Assembly (NCBI GenBank): GCA_964610995.1
Contig: CAZSWF010000002.1
Location: 6,338 to 70,337, forward strand
Direction: 5' to 3'
Length of the DNA: 64,000 bases
DNA from: an uncultured Candidatus Saccharibacteria bacterium
Lineage (GTDB): Bacteria; Patescibacteriota; Minisyncoccia; Phycocordibacterales; UBA9973
Under the pieces are notes generated by a model. That model searched no databases, was not told the origin of the DNA, and saw only the letters and a program-made list of their open reading frames with translations. Positions 1 to 9,536 of this stretch are shown here, piece after piece (the stretch's first letter is position 1; each line of letters opens with the position of its first letter). Both the position numbers and the translations under genes were made by a program.

Positions 1-568
1 CGACCGTCCAGATATTCGCACTGACAAAGAAGATCCGAACCTTCTCGCATTTTGCTGGGTGGTAGATTTCCCATTCTTTGAACGCACTGACACGAGCGAC
101 AACCCTCAAGCAGAAGGTGAGTGGACATTTACCCACAATCCATTTTCTCGTCCGATCGAAGAACATATGAGCAATCTGATGGAGAAAAAAGATCTCGCAT
201 CTATCCTTACCACGCAATACGACATTTGTCTCAACGGCTACGAGATCGGGGGAGGATCTATCCGTAACCATACCTATGATGCGCTCGCAAAAGTATTTGA
301 AATACTTGGACACAAGACAGAAGACATCGAAGCAAACTTTGGCCATATGCTGACTGCATTCAAAACAGGTACTCCTCCACACGGTGGTATTGCGTGGGGT
401 CTCGACCGTCTCCTTATGCTCCTCCTCAACGAACCCAACATCCGCGAAGTCATGGCATTCCCCAAGACCGGAGAAGGCAAGGATCCGATGATGCAAGCAC
501 CGTCTGAGATATCTCAAAAACAGTTGGATGAGCTCAATATTGTATTGAAAAAAGTTGAGAAGAAATAA
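1..568 (+). CDS. aspS: aspartyl-tRNA synthetase, C-terminal fragment (5' end outside the window)
   Basis: The frame is open from position 2. Motifs AFCWVVDFPFFE, GGGSIR and FGHMLTAFKTGTPPHGGIAWGLDRLLMLL (class II aaRS motif 3) match AspRS. Confidence 0.85.
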   Translation, partial: DRPDIRTDKEDPNLLAFCWVVDFPFFERTDTSDNPQAEGEWTFTHNPFSRPIEEHMSNLMEKKDLASILTTQYDICLNGYEIGGGSIRNHTYDALAKVFEILGHKTEDIEANFGHMLTAFKTGTPPHGGIAWGLDRLLMLLLNEPNIREVMAFPKTGEGKDPMMQAPSEISQKQLDELNIVLKKVEKK

Positions 569-612
569 GAAAAGCCCCAATATTGGGGCTTTGATTTTAA
601 AGTAATAAGATC

Positions 613-858
613 CTACTTTTGAGCCAGGATAATCTGGTCAAATACTGAAAAGAAATTTTCTTTGAGCTTCTTTTGAGCAGCATCTACTGCCACCTCAAGA
701 ATTTCGCGAATCTCTTTGGGATCTTGACCAGATTCCTTCATTGCTTTGTATAAAGGATCTTTTAAAATTTCCGCTTCAAACTTTGAAATCGAGTTATTGT
801 CGATTTTCTTGTACTGATGAAACGGTCCGAAAACTCTTTTTTCTACAGCCATGTTCAC
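613..858 (-). CDS. hypothetical small protein
   Basis: 81-aa ORF with a charged, helical composition and no recognisable motif. Confidence 0.35.
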   Translation of the reverse strand: MNMAVEKRVFGPFHQYKKIDNNSISKFEAEILKDPLYKAMKESGQDPKEIREILEVAVDAAQKKLKENFFSVFDQIILAQK

Positions 859-1439
859 AAGCTGTTGGATGAATTATTTTTTCATCTTTATTAATTTAAA
901 TGTACAAAGCGCCACTTCCTAGAATTGAACGCTTATTTGGTGATATCTAGGATGTTAGTATTATATATTATTTTTTGTAAAAAGTCAAGCATTTTTCTAT
1001 GTAATAATTGCATATATTCGTCGTCTCTAAAGTGTAGATAGGATAGTATTCTCCATCTACGATTTGTTCATTCCCAAGGGCATATGAACACACTGAAACT
1101 ACGAGGGTGATGACATCGATACTCTGTATCTATCTTCACAAAGGAATATATCCTCTCAAACCGGTGTGCTCATAATATGTAATCTTACCCAGACTATCTC
1201 ACGATAGATCTGGCACCAGCGAGCTTTTCTTCTTCCGGTATATCTCTACATTTCTGATATACCATTCCACTTTCGCATAGATACATTTCTTTGCTCCTCA
1301 CCCACAACTTCATACTATTGTTCCTTTTAGCCCTTTTCTCACAATCCAATACCACCGCTTATATATAAGCATCGCCAAACACCCCTCTTCACTATAGTGA
1401 TAGGGGTGCCATTTTTTATACGGTATACTAGATACATTC

Positions 1440-2186
1440 ATGGAACCCCACGCTACCACCGCTGCACACTTCAGCGTCAAACACGACACCTTTGAAGGAC
1501 CAATCGAGGTCTTGCTCGAGCTCATCGAGAAACGCAAACTTTTCGTTAATGACGTGTCGCTCGCGTCCGTCACCGACGACTTCATCTCGTTTATCCAGAC
1601 CAAGGGTATGCACCCGGAGATGGTCGCGCACTTCCTCGCGGTCGCTGCGACTCTCATCTTGATCAAGGCGCGATCGCTCCTGCCGACACTTGAGCTGACA
1701 ACCGAAGAATCCGAATCGATCACCGACCTCGAACGACGTGTGGTGCTCTATCAGATCATCTCGCATATCTCGGGTGACCTGATCAAGCACTATGGCAAGA
1801 AAATATCATTTGAAGGAGTGGGGCGTGCTAGTGGGCCTGTGTTTGCACCGGACCCGAGCCTTGCGCTTGCAGACCTACCCCAGCTGATCAATGGACTCGT
1901 CGAGCGTATGCCCGCTACTGCTCCTGTGAAGCCCGAGGCGCGCGTGACAGCTACGGTATCTATCGGAGAGGTCATAGACACCCTGATCGAGCGGATATCG
2001 CGTATGACAACAGGTACCTTTAACAGTATTCGTATGCAGTCACCCGATGCCGATGATAGAAGCCAAAAAGTCTATACGATCGTGTCGTTTCTTGGTATGC
2101 TAGAGCTTGTCAGACGCGGTCTGGTGGCAGCAGAGCAGTCCAGCCAGTTCGAAGACATTCATCTCGAGCGACCCCACACTATATGA
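1440..2186 (+). CDS. scpA: segregation and condensation protein A
   Basis: N-terminal FEGPIEVLLELIEKRKL..DVSLASVTDDF is the ScpA signature. Its TGA stop overlaps the ATG of the next gene. Confidence 0.85.
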   Translation: MEPHATTAAHFSVKHDTFEGPIEVLLELIEKRKLFVNDVSLASVTDDFISFIQTKGMHPEMVAHFLAVAATLILIKARSLLPTLELTTEESESITDLERRVVLYQIISHISGDLIKHYGKKISFEGVGRASGPVFAPDPSLALADLPQLINGLVERMPATAPVKPEARVTATVSIGEVIDTLIERISRMTTGTFNSIRMQSPDADDRSQKVYTIVSFLGMLELVRRGLVAAEQSSQFEDIHLERPHTI

Positions 2187-2707
2187 AACACGCTATTGAA
2201 GCCATCCTCCTTGCTACCGGTGAGCCACAAACATTTGCGGCGCTCGCCAAGCACCTCGACACGGATACTGACTCTATAGCTCGCGCTGTCGCCGAGCTCA
2301 TCGCGAGTATGGACGATCACGGGATCATGGTCACCGAGCTCGGTGGAGTCGTGAGCCTCGTCACACGAGCAGAGCATAGTGCACTGATCGAGAGTATTCG
2401 CAAAGAAGAACTTTCTAAAGAACTCTCCAAAGCATCTGCCGAAACACTCGCGGTAGTCGCATACAAACCAGGAGTGAGCAAAAGTCAGATCGAGTTTATT
2501 CGCGGAGTGAACGTTTCGTATAGCTTGCGATCACTGCAGATGCGTGGACTGATCGAAACCAAAGGGTCGGGGAGAAGTGTGGGATATCATCCGACATCAG
2601 ACTTGCTCCATCACTTTGGTATTGCGCAGCTCTCGGAGCTACCCGCGTATGCAGAGACAACTGCGAAACTCGACGCGCTTATCAGTCGTACTGACGAAAC
2701 ACAATGA
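2183..2707 (+). CDS. scpB: segregation and condensation protein B
   Basis: TLAVVAYKPGVSKSQIEFIRGVNVSYSLRSLQMRGLI is the ScpB winged-helix motif, and the gene is translationally coupled to scpA. Confidence 0.85.
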   Translation: MKHAIEAILLATGEPQTFAALAKHLDTDTDSIARAVAELIASMDDHGIMVTELGGVVSLVTRAEHSALIESIRKEELSKELSKASAETLAVVAYKPGVSKSQIEFIRGVNVSYSLRSLQMRGLIETKGSGRSVGYHPTSDLLHHFGIAQLSELPAYAETTAKLDALISRTDETQ

Positions 2708-3777
2708 TCACCCTCAACGTTATCAAAATCTTTTTACCTACTGCACTTGCCTTCCTTATAGGTATTGCGATCACGCCCACACTCACGGACTTTATGTATC
2801 GTCACAAGCTCTGGAAACGCAAACCTCGTACCGAAGGAGAAACCATCACCAATGCTGACTTTGCCAAACTTGAAAACAAAGCAGAGACCTCTACACCGCG
2901 TGTCGGTGGTGTGATCATCTGGTTGGCTGTACTCGCAACTGTTGCACTCATGTGGCTCGTATCACGAGTGTTTCCTACAGAACTCTTGGCCAAGCTCGAC
3001 TTCTACAGCCGCAACCAAACATTGATCCCGCTTGCGAGCCTTGTATTTGGCAGCTTGCTCGGACTGCTCGATGACTTTTTTGAGATTCGTGGCAGAGAAG
3101 GTGTGACCCATAGCAACGACAAAGAAATCCGTTTTCGATATATAAAGATCGGGCTCATCTGTGTGATCGGGCTCGTGATCGGAGCATGGTTTTATGTGAA
3201 GCTCGGCATGACCGGTATTTCGATACCATTTAGTACAGCGATCCTACCGCTCGGTACATTGTTTATTCCTTTTTTCATTTTGGTGCTGGTGGCAGTGTTC
3301 TCAGGCGGAGTGATCGATGGCATGGACGGACTTGCGGGTGGGGTGCTCGCGATCATTTTCTCTGCGTATGCGATTATTGCATTTGGGCAAAGCCAGATCG
3401 ATATCGCAGCGTTTTGTGGAGTAATCGCAGGATCAATACTCGCATTTCTATGGTTCAACATTCCACCTGCGCGTTTCTACATGGGAGAAACAGGAATGAT
3501 GGGACTCCTTGTGGTACTTACTGTTGTAGCATTTCTTACTGACACTGTACTCTTGCTACCACTGATCGCACTCCCACTCGTGGTTTCGAGTGCGTCGTCT
3601 TTGATTCAAATCTTTTCATACAAGTACTGTGGCAAACGCAGGGTGTTCAGGGTTGCGCCATTGCACCACCACTTCCATGCACTTGGCTGGTCTCGTGAGA
3701 AAATAGTCATGCGATACTGGGTTGTTTCTATTATTGTCGCGATTCTCGGTGTCGTAATTGCACTGAGTAGCAAATAG
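2704..3777 (+). CDS. mraY: phospho-N-acetylmuramoyl-pentapeptide transferase
   Basis: Multi-TM protein with DGMDGLAGG, FNIPPARFYMGETG and APLHHHFHALGW, which are MraY hallmarks. Confidence 0.9.
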   Translation: MITLNVIKIFLPTALAFLIGIAITPTLTDFMYRHKLWKRKPRTEGETITNADFAKLENKAETSTPRVGGVIIWLAVLATVALMWLVSRVFPTELLAKLDFYSRNQTLIPLASLVFGSLLGLLDDFFEIRGREGVTHSNDKEIRFRYIKIGLICVIGLVIGAWFYVKLGMTGISIPFSTAILPLGTLFIPFFILVLVAVFSGGVIDGMDGLAGGVLAIIFSAYAIIAFGQSQIDIAAFCGVIAGSILAFLWFNIPPARFYMGETGMMGLLVVLTVVAFLTDTVLLLPLIALPLVVSSASSLIQIFSYKYCGKRRVFRVAPLHHHFHALGWSREKIVMRYWVVSIIVAILGVVIALSSK

Positions 3778-3778
3778 C

Positions 3779-4900
3779 ATGCGCAGTATTTTACACAAAG
3801 AATCACAAAAGCCATTTGATCGATACTTTCTTGGTATTGTTGCAGTGATCACACTTATTGGGCTATTTTCTTTTGTATCTGCATCGCTCGGTATACTAGA
3901 GAAAAGTGAGAGTAAGTTCTATGGGGTACTGTTCAACCAAATAGTACTCGGACTCGTCGGCGGATCCCTCGCCTTGTGGATCACGATGCATATCCCATAT
4001 CTATTTTGGCGCAAGCACGCGTTTTATATATTTTTAGCAACACTTGTATTAACAATGCTTGTATTTGTTCCAAGTCTTGGGTTCGAACATGGGGGAGCAC
4101 AACGGTGGATCTCTATCGGCCCTCTATCCTTTCAACCAGCAGAATTTCTCAAGCTCGGCTTTATCATTTATTTTGCGACATGGCTTGCCTGGACACACAA
4201 ACAGCAACAAGATATGAAGTTCAAAATCGTACCATTGATCGTACTCCTCGGCATTATTGCTACGATTCTTTTAAAACAACCTGATAATAAAAGTTTGATC
4301 CTCATCACCACGGCAGCATGTGCTATGTTGTTTGTCTCTGGAGTTTCTTGGAAAAAGGTAGGGCTGATTATCGGTATAGGGATCGTCGGCATTGTGTCAC
4401 TTGCATTTTTTCGACCATACGTCATGGAGCGTATCGAAACGTTTATCAATCCATCCTCTGACCCTCGAGGATCATCGTATCAGTTGCAGCAATCTCTGAT
4501 TGCTATTGGGTCAGGAGGGTTGTTTGGGCAGGGTTTGGGACAGAGTGTGCAAAAGTTTGGATACCTACCAGAACCACAAGGTGACTCAGTGTTTGCGGTC
4601 ATAGGTGAAGAATGGGGATTTATCGGATCAGGCATTTTGGTTATATTATATATTTTCTTGGCAGTACGCGGACTCAAAATAGCGATGCGTGCACCTGACA
4701 ACTTTGCACGATATCTGGTAGTAGGTATTACGACATTGATCGTAGCTCAATCGTTTCTCAACATTGCGTCTCTGCTCGGACTGTTTCCATTGACCGGCGT
4801 ACCACTCGTCTTTATTTCTCATGGAGGGACCTCGCTTGCGATCGCGCTCGCAGCAGTCGGCATTATTCTCAACGTGTCAAGATATCAAAAAAAGGTATAA
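3779..4900 (+). CDS. ftsW: SEDS-family cell division/elongation protein (FtsW/RodA)
   Basis: RWISIGPLSFQPAEFLK, GQSVQKFGYLPEPQGDSVFAVIGEEWGF and PLVFISHGGTSL are SEDS motifs. The gene sits between mraY and murG. Confidence 0.85.
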   Translation: MRSILHKESQKPFDRYFLGIVAVITLIGLFSFVSASLGILEKSESKFYGVLFNQIVLGLVGGSLALWITMHIPYLFWRKHAFYIFLATLVLTMLVFVPSLGFEHGGAQRWISIGPLSFQPAEFLKLGFIIYFATWLAWTHKQQQDMKFKIVPLIVLLGIIATILLKQPDNKSLILITTAACAMLFVSGVSWKKVGLIIGIGIVGIVSLAFFRPYVMERIETFINPSSDPRGSSYQLQQSLIAIGSGGLFGQGLGQSVQKFGYLPEPQGDSVFAVIGEEWGFIGSGILVILYIFLAVRGLKIAMRAPDNFARYLVVGITTLIVAQSFLNIASLLGLFPLTGVPLVFISHGGTSLAIALAAVGIILNVSRYQKKV

Positions 4901-4910
4901 TACTCAGTAT

Positions 4911-6047
4911 ATGAAAATCTTACTCACAGGCGGTGGTACCGGCGGACACTTCTACCCACTCATGGCTATAGCCGAAGAACTCAACAAGCTTGCAGACGAA
5001 GAGCGCATTATCAACATGAAGCTCTACTATATGGCAGACAAGCCATATGACCCCGACATACTCGAAGAACAATTTATTACCTTCATCCCAATCACTGCAG
5101 GCAAGCTACGTGTCTACTTTTCATTGAAAAACATACTCGACATTGGCAAAACCATGATCGGTGTGGTCACTGGGCTAGTAAAAGTGTTCCAGCTCTACCC
5201 AGACGTCATCATTTCCAAAGGAGGGTACGCGGCGTTCCCAGTACTTGTGGCGGCCAAACTCTTGCGCATACCGACAATCATCCATGAGAGCGATACCGTA
5301 CCAGGGAGAGTCAATAAATGGTCAGGTAAGTTTGCACGACGTGTCGCACTTTCGTACCCTGAAGCTGCACAGTACTTTGATCCCAAGAAAATATCAGTTA
5401 CCGGTCAACCCGTCCGCAAGAACCTCATTCACCCCGTACGCGAAGGTGCAAAAGAATTTTTTGAATTACCCAACAATTTACCAGTCATTGGTATTTATGC
5501 AGGATCTCTCGGTGCAAAAGCGATCAATGATGTGGTTGTGACGATCGTGCCCGAACTCATAAAAAAGTATCAAATCATTCATCAAACAGGAGACAAGACA
5601 TATGACGAGATCACCACAGAAGTACGCATCTCACTCGGAGACGACACCAAGCGCAGTCGATACAAAGCATTCAAATCACTCAACAGTGTGCAGTCCAAGG
5701 TATTTGCGGGCGCAGTAGATCTCGTGATCGGCCGAGCAGGGTCTACAATATTTGAGTTTGCAGCATGGGGCAAGCCATCAATCATCATTCCCGGCAGAGG
5801 AGAAGTATTTCACGGAGACCACCAACGCAAAAATGCGTATCACTACGCTCGTACAGGGGCCTGTGTAGTCATCGAGGAAGCAAACCTCACTGCTTCGGTA
5901 CTATTGAGCGAGATCCAGTCCATTCTCGACAACAAAGAGCTCTACGAAGCCATGAGCAAGCACGCGCACGATTTCTTTATACCTACCGCAAGTCGTATGA
6001 TCGCTACTGAAGCCCTCACTATTGCACTGTCTCACGAGAAGCAATAA
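4911..6047 (+). CDS. murG: undecaprenyldiphospho-muramoylpentapeptide beta-N-acetylglucosaminyltransferase
   Basis: MKILLTGGGTGGHFYPLMAI is a GT28 N-terminus. The start is trimmed to the ATG at 4911 to avoid overlap with ftsW; the 4821 start in the ORF track is unlikely. Confidence 0.85.
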   Translation: MKILLTGGGTGGHFYPLMAIAEELNKLADEERIINMKLYYMADKPYDPDILEEQFITFIPITAGKLRVYFSLKNILDIGKTMIGVVTGLVKVFQLYPDVIISKGGYAAFPVLVAAKLLRIPTIIHESDTVPGRVNKWSGKFARRVALSYPEAAQYFDPKKISVTGQPVRKNLIHPVREGAKEFFELPNNLPVIGIYAGSLGAKAINDVVVTIVPELIKKYQIIHQTGDKTYDEITTEVRISLGDDTKRSRYKAFKSLNSVQSKVFAGAVDLVIGRAGSTIFEFAAWGKPSIIIPGRGEVFHGDHQRKNAYHYARTGACVVIEEANLTASVLLSEIQSILDNKELYEAMSKHAHDFFIPTASRMIATEALTIALSHEKQ

Positions 6048-6879
6048 CTCCTTTGTGATCTGCGTACACGTAGGTAAACGATGCGCCCAGGAAAAATATC
6101 TGAGCGGAATAGTATATCCATACGAGTATACCCACAAGCGAAGATGCACCCCCAAATACGTCGACATGCACGAGTAGCTTGATGTACTGTGCGATCAACA
6201 CATTGCCGAGCATGAACAGTGCTGCGGTAACAAACGCTCCAACAAAAAGTACCCGCCACGGTAGCGTACGGTTGGGCATGATGCGGTACATACCCATAAA
6301 CAACAATGTACCGAGCACTACTGGCGCGACAAACTGTAACAGAGTTGCAATACCCGCAAAGGATGAGGGGAAGGGAAGCGCCGTCTGTATAAAAGAAAAC
6401 AGTACTGTGGCACCCATCGAAAGCATGAGCAGTACTGCGAGTATAGGGATAAATGACAACAGTGCAATCTTGGTCCGAAAGAAATGGGTAATCCGTGCAG
6501 TCAGCGAAGCGTGTGTCGTGCGTTGTACCGGTACATCCCACAGCTCATCAATATCTCGATCAAGTTCAGCAAATGCTCCAATAGAAGCCACAAGTACAAT
6601 ACTTGCTCCCACTACTGCGGCGGTGACCGATACATCGGCTATTGGGACGTTATGCAATATCTCACTAATGTACATCGCCGCCTGTGGACCGATTGTAGTG
6701 ATCAGCTGGTGCATGAGTGCGTACTCGACCGTATCTTTACTAAAGAGCATCGCCGCTGCAGTGACCACAAGGAGAATGAGTGGCACAAATGACAGCATCG
6801 CGTAGTACGAGAGCGCTGCACCCATTCGTGGCGCATTGTGTGAGCGCCAGTGTCGGATGGATCTGATCAAGATATTCAT
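6019..6879 (-). CDS. YihY/BrkB family inner membrane protein
   Basis: N-terminal GAALSYYAMLSFVPLILL followed by multiple TM segments is the YihY/virulence factor BrkB pattern. Confidence 0.75.
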   Translation of the reverse strand: MNILIRSIRHWRSHNAPRMGAALSYYAMLSFVPLILLVVTAAAMLFSKDTVEYALMHQLITTIGPQAAMYISEILHNVPIADVSVTAAVVGASIVLVASIGAFAELDRDIDELWDVPVQRTTHASLTARITHFFRTKIALLSFIPILAVLLMLSMGATVLFSFIQTALPFPSSFAGIATLLQFVAPVVLGTLLFMGMYRIMPNRTLPWRVLFVGAFVTAALFMLGNVLIAQYIKLLVHVDVFGGASSLVGILVWIYYSAQIFFLGASFTYVYADHKGVIASRETVQ

Positions 6880-6936
6880 GCATGTAGTATATATGTTTTT
6901 TACGAGACTGACTTATCCACAGTCTTTTTCTTGCAT

Positions 6937-6952
6937 GTGAACGTTCGTTCAC
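6937..6952. promoter_or_regulatory. putative LexA (Cheo/DinR-type) operator GTGAAC-N4-GTTCAC
   Basis: A perfect inverted repeat GTGAACgttcGTTCAC matches the Gram-positive SOS box core GAAC-N4-GTTC. It lies between divergent yihY and the small ORFs leading to lexA. Confidence 0.5.
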
Positions 6953-7004
6953 CTATACTAAATACAGGTCGCGATTATTACAAATAACTTGTCTTAACAC
7001 TTTT

Positions 7005-7193
7005 ATGACACGACACCAATACACACAAAACATACACAAACAACTTCAAGCGTTAAACGAACGGATCGATTACAAGATCATGCACGGACAGAGTTATGCC
7101 GATGATTCTCGCCGTCACAAAACACTCTTGCGTCAGATCGCTCGACAATCGAAACAAGGGTTCCTCGCACGTTTATTTCCAAGCCTCGCCTAA
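7005..7193 (+). CDS. hypothetical small protein (possible SOS-regulated)
   Basis: 62-aa ORF directly downstream of the putative LexA box and in the same orientation as lexA. Confidence 0.3.
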   Translation: MTRHQYTQNIHKQLQALNERIDYKIMHGQSYADDSRRHKTLLRQIARQSKQGFLARLFPSLA

Positions 7194-7198
7194 CTACT

Positions 7199-7384
7199 AT
7201 GAACACTCCATTCCAATCTCTCGTTCACCAAGAAATGATACGCCTCGAACAGCTCGTCCATGAAAACGACTCGTTCTCTAACAGCCTCGCGCAGTATGCC
7301 CGGAAAAACGGTATACTTCTGGGGAGACGTAGTCCTACCTGGGGGTGGCTCTCTATGGTACGCGTTATGCAGTTTCTCCTCTAA
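7199..7384 (+). CDS. hypothetical small protein (possible SOS-regulated)
   Basis: 61-aa ORF between the previous small ORF and lexA, with tight spacing. Confidence 0.3.
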   Translation: MNTPFQSLVHQEMIRLEQLVHENDSFSNSLAQYARKNGILLGRRSPTWGWLSMVRVMQFLL

Positions 7385-7390
7385 TCATTT

Positions 7391-7954
7391 ATGGATACCG
7401 ACTACAAAAACAAACTGATCGCATTTCATCATAGTCACAAACGTATGCCGACATATACGGAAATGATGTCGCTTTTTGGATTCAAATCCAAGAACGCGGT
7501 CGCACGTATCGTCAGCAAAATGATTGCAGCAGGTATCGTCACCAAGGACGCACTGGGCAAACTACTACCCACCACCATGTTTACCGGCATGCCATTGCTC
7601 GGCTCGGTCAAAGCAGGGTTCCCATCAGCAGTAGATGAAGTCCTCGAAACACTCAACCTCGAAGACTACCTAATCAAGAAAAAGCGTGAGACATATATGG
7701 TAGAAGTAGATGGCTACTCGATGATCGATGCACACATCACCGATGGCGATATCGCAATCGCAGAGCGCACCAACGTCGCTAAAAATGGTGACATCGTGAT
7801 CGCCAACATTGACGGAGAGTTCACTATGAAGTATTTACGAACCGACGGAAAAAAAACTTGGCTCGAACCCGCTAACAAAGATTTCAAACCTCTCTATCCT
7901 CGAGAAAGTCTAACGGTGGTAGCGATCATTAGGGGAGTGATACGCAAATACTAG
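7391..7954 (+). CDS. lexA: LexA repressor (S24 peptidase)
   Basis: N-terminal wHTH, Ala-Gly cleavage region (VKAGFP), VDGYSMIDAHITDGDIAI and GDIVIANIDGEFTMKYL are S24 Ser/Lys dyad motifs. Confidence 0.85.
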   Translation: MDTDYKNKLIAFHHSHKRMPTYTEMMSLFGFKSKNAVARIVSKMIAAGIVTKDALGKLLPTTMFTGMPLLGSVKAGFPSAVDEVLETLNLEDYLIKKKRETYMVEVDGYSMIDAHITDGDIAIAERTNVAKNGDIVIANIDGEFTMKYLRTDGKKTWLEPANKDFKPLYPRESLTVVAIIRGVIRKY

Positions 7955-8904
7955 TCAGAACCTTCAACGCTCACTCTTTGTGCTGCCTCTTTCTCTATAG
8001 CAGGGAGGTTTTCTGTTATTAGAGTATTGAGGTCATCAGCCGTCAAAGTTGTCGCGGTAGGATCCTCAGCAAGCTTTTTCCAAGGAGCAGTCTTGCCATA
8101 GCCATACTCTCCAAAAATAATAGTAGGGGTACCTGTAGCCAGCACCTGCTGCTCATCAGGGCTAACTATCCATTGATCTGCCCATTCGTATACCCACTGC
8201 GCATCGGCTTCTGTCATACGCACACAGGAATGACTTGCTGGGTATCCAGGAAGCTCGTATTGATGGAGAGAAATACCTTGTGCGTTGTCGAGGTTGAAAT
8301 ACCAGGGAAGAATCCACTCATCTTTGATACTACTAATGACAAGTTTACCTTTCCAGTTGGTGAAGTAGAGTTTACTAGGCGTTGGGGTATCTTTTTTGCC
8401 AGTACTTGTAACCATCCACCGCACAAGTGTACCGTTTTCGTATGCGCCAATAGCTTGAATGCGTTGGGAAACTAAGAGAAGTTTCGGAATATCTTTGGCG
8501 GCGTCGAGGACACTAGGGAATGGGGAGAGTGCACTCCAATCTGTAAGCTCAGAAGGAATTGTGATCGTCGTGTTTTTTACAATGTGTTTATCGTCGAGAC
8601 GGTTAAACGTCAGTACAAAAGGGACCTTACTCAACCCAACTTCATCTGCGATTTCTGCACCAGGTTTGTCACTGGTTACGACAATAGACCGGTACGAAAT
8701 CTTTGATTCAGGAGGAGCAATAGGTGCTTGGGGGTCGACTACTATATCTTTTGCTGGTGTGTCTAGAGCAACAGACACACCCTTGTCTGGTCCCGTAGCA
8801 ATAAAATAAAGACCAGTACCGACCAAAACCAACAAGAGCGTCGAAATCACGTGGTGTTGTTTGATCATTTTGTGCTTCATATATCTATTGTAACGCACAA
8901 TCAC
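7951..8904 (-). CDS. L,D-transpeptidase (YkuD domain) with N-terminal membrane anchor
   Basis: The C-terminal GTPTIIFGEYG...HSCVRMTEADAQWVYEW matches the L,D-transpeptidase catalytic His/Cys motif. Confidence 0.75.
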   Translation of the reverse strand: MIVRYNRYMKHKMIKQHHVISTLLLVLVGTGLYFIATGPDKGVSVALDTPAKDIVVDPQAPIAPPESKISYRSIVVTSDKPGAEIADEVGLSKVPFVLTFNRLDDKHIVKNTTITIPSELTDWSALSPFPSVLDAAKDIPKLLLVSQRIQAIGAYENGTLVRWMVTSTGKKDTPTPSKLYFTNWKGKLVISSIKDEWILPWYFNLDNAQGISLHQYELPGYPASHSCVRMTEADAQWVYEWADQWIVSPDEQQVLATGTPTIIFGEYGYGKTAPWKKLAEDPTATTLTADDLNTLITENLPAIEKEAAQRVSVEGSD

Positions 8905-9531
8905 TTATTTCTTTACACGAGCGTGTTCGACAAGTTTGCCAGCAGCAATCTCTACCGTATCAGCCTTGCGGAGTACGAGACCTGGAGGTACAAGAGATGT
9001 GTGCGGACTATCATCAAGGTCTGCACCTATTTCCCACAAATCCTCGGTACTTGTGATCCAGTCAGTACCATAGCGTTGTAATGAAAATGCACGTGAATAC
9101 TCTCGCAATGTTTTCTCTCCAGTATCGAGGAAGTACTCATGAAAATACGACAGTGCAAGTTCGCGAATACTTTTATAGATAGGTTCTCTGTACCGCAGCA
9201 CCGCATGGTTTGTTTTAGAAATAGCACCCCAGTATCCATTGCGACGAAACAGTGCCACGACATGATCGAGGTCTCGTCGTGTACTACGCAAGTCGAGCAA
9301 AAGTGGCCGCTCTCCGTGATACCACAGTATCGCAGCTGCGAGATATGCGCCTTCGAGACAGTGCGCGCAGCCATGTACGAGCACCTGACGAGGAGATCGA
9401 CATGTCTCACCACCTGTTTCGAAGTTGTACGAAAGTGTGTTGAGAAAGTCTTGGATCTGGACGGGAGTAGCGAGCTTTTTAAACACGGATTCCTCGTGAG
9501 GACTGAGACCAAACATACTACAGTATAGCAA
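8905..9531 (-). CDS. hypothetical protein with Cys/His motif (possible papain-like/C39-like peptidase fold)
   Basis: VLVHGCAHCLEGAYLAAAILWYHG resembles the Cys-containing N-terminal motif of C39/transglutaminase-like peptidases. The assignment is tentative. Confidence 0.3.
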   Translation of the reverse strand: MLYCSMFGLSPHEESVFKKLATPVQIQDFLNTLSYNFETGGETCRSPRQVLVHGCAHCLEGAYLAAAILWYHGERPLLLDLRSTRRDLDHVVALFRRNGYWGAISKTNHAVLRYREPIYKSIRELALSYFHEYFLDTGEKTLREYSRAFSLQRYGTDWITSTEDLWEIGADLDDSPHTSLVPPGLVLRKADTVEIAAGKLVEHARVKK

Positions 9532-9536
9532 ACGTT

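Noticed and set aside
4821-4910. Upstream extension of murG to the 4821 start
   Set aside because: It would overlap the ftsW 3' end by 80 bp. The conserved MurG N-terminus MKILLTGGGTGGH begins at the ATG at 4911.
6032-6805. Long antisense ORFs 6032-6541(-) and 6179-6805(+) within the yihY locus
   Set aside because: Only the 6019-6879(-) frame gives a YihY/BrkB membrane-protein signature. The others are same-locus alternative frames without features.
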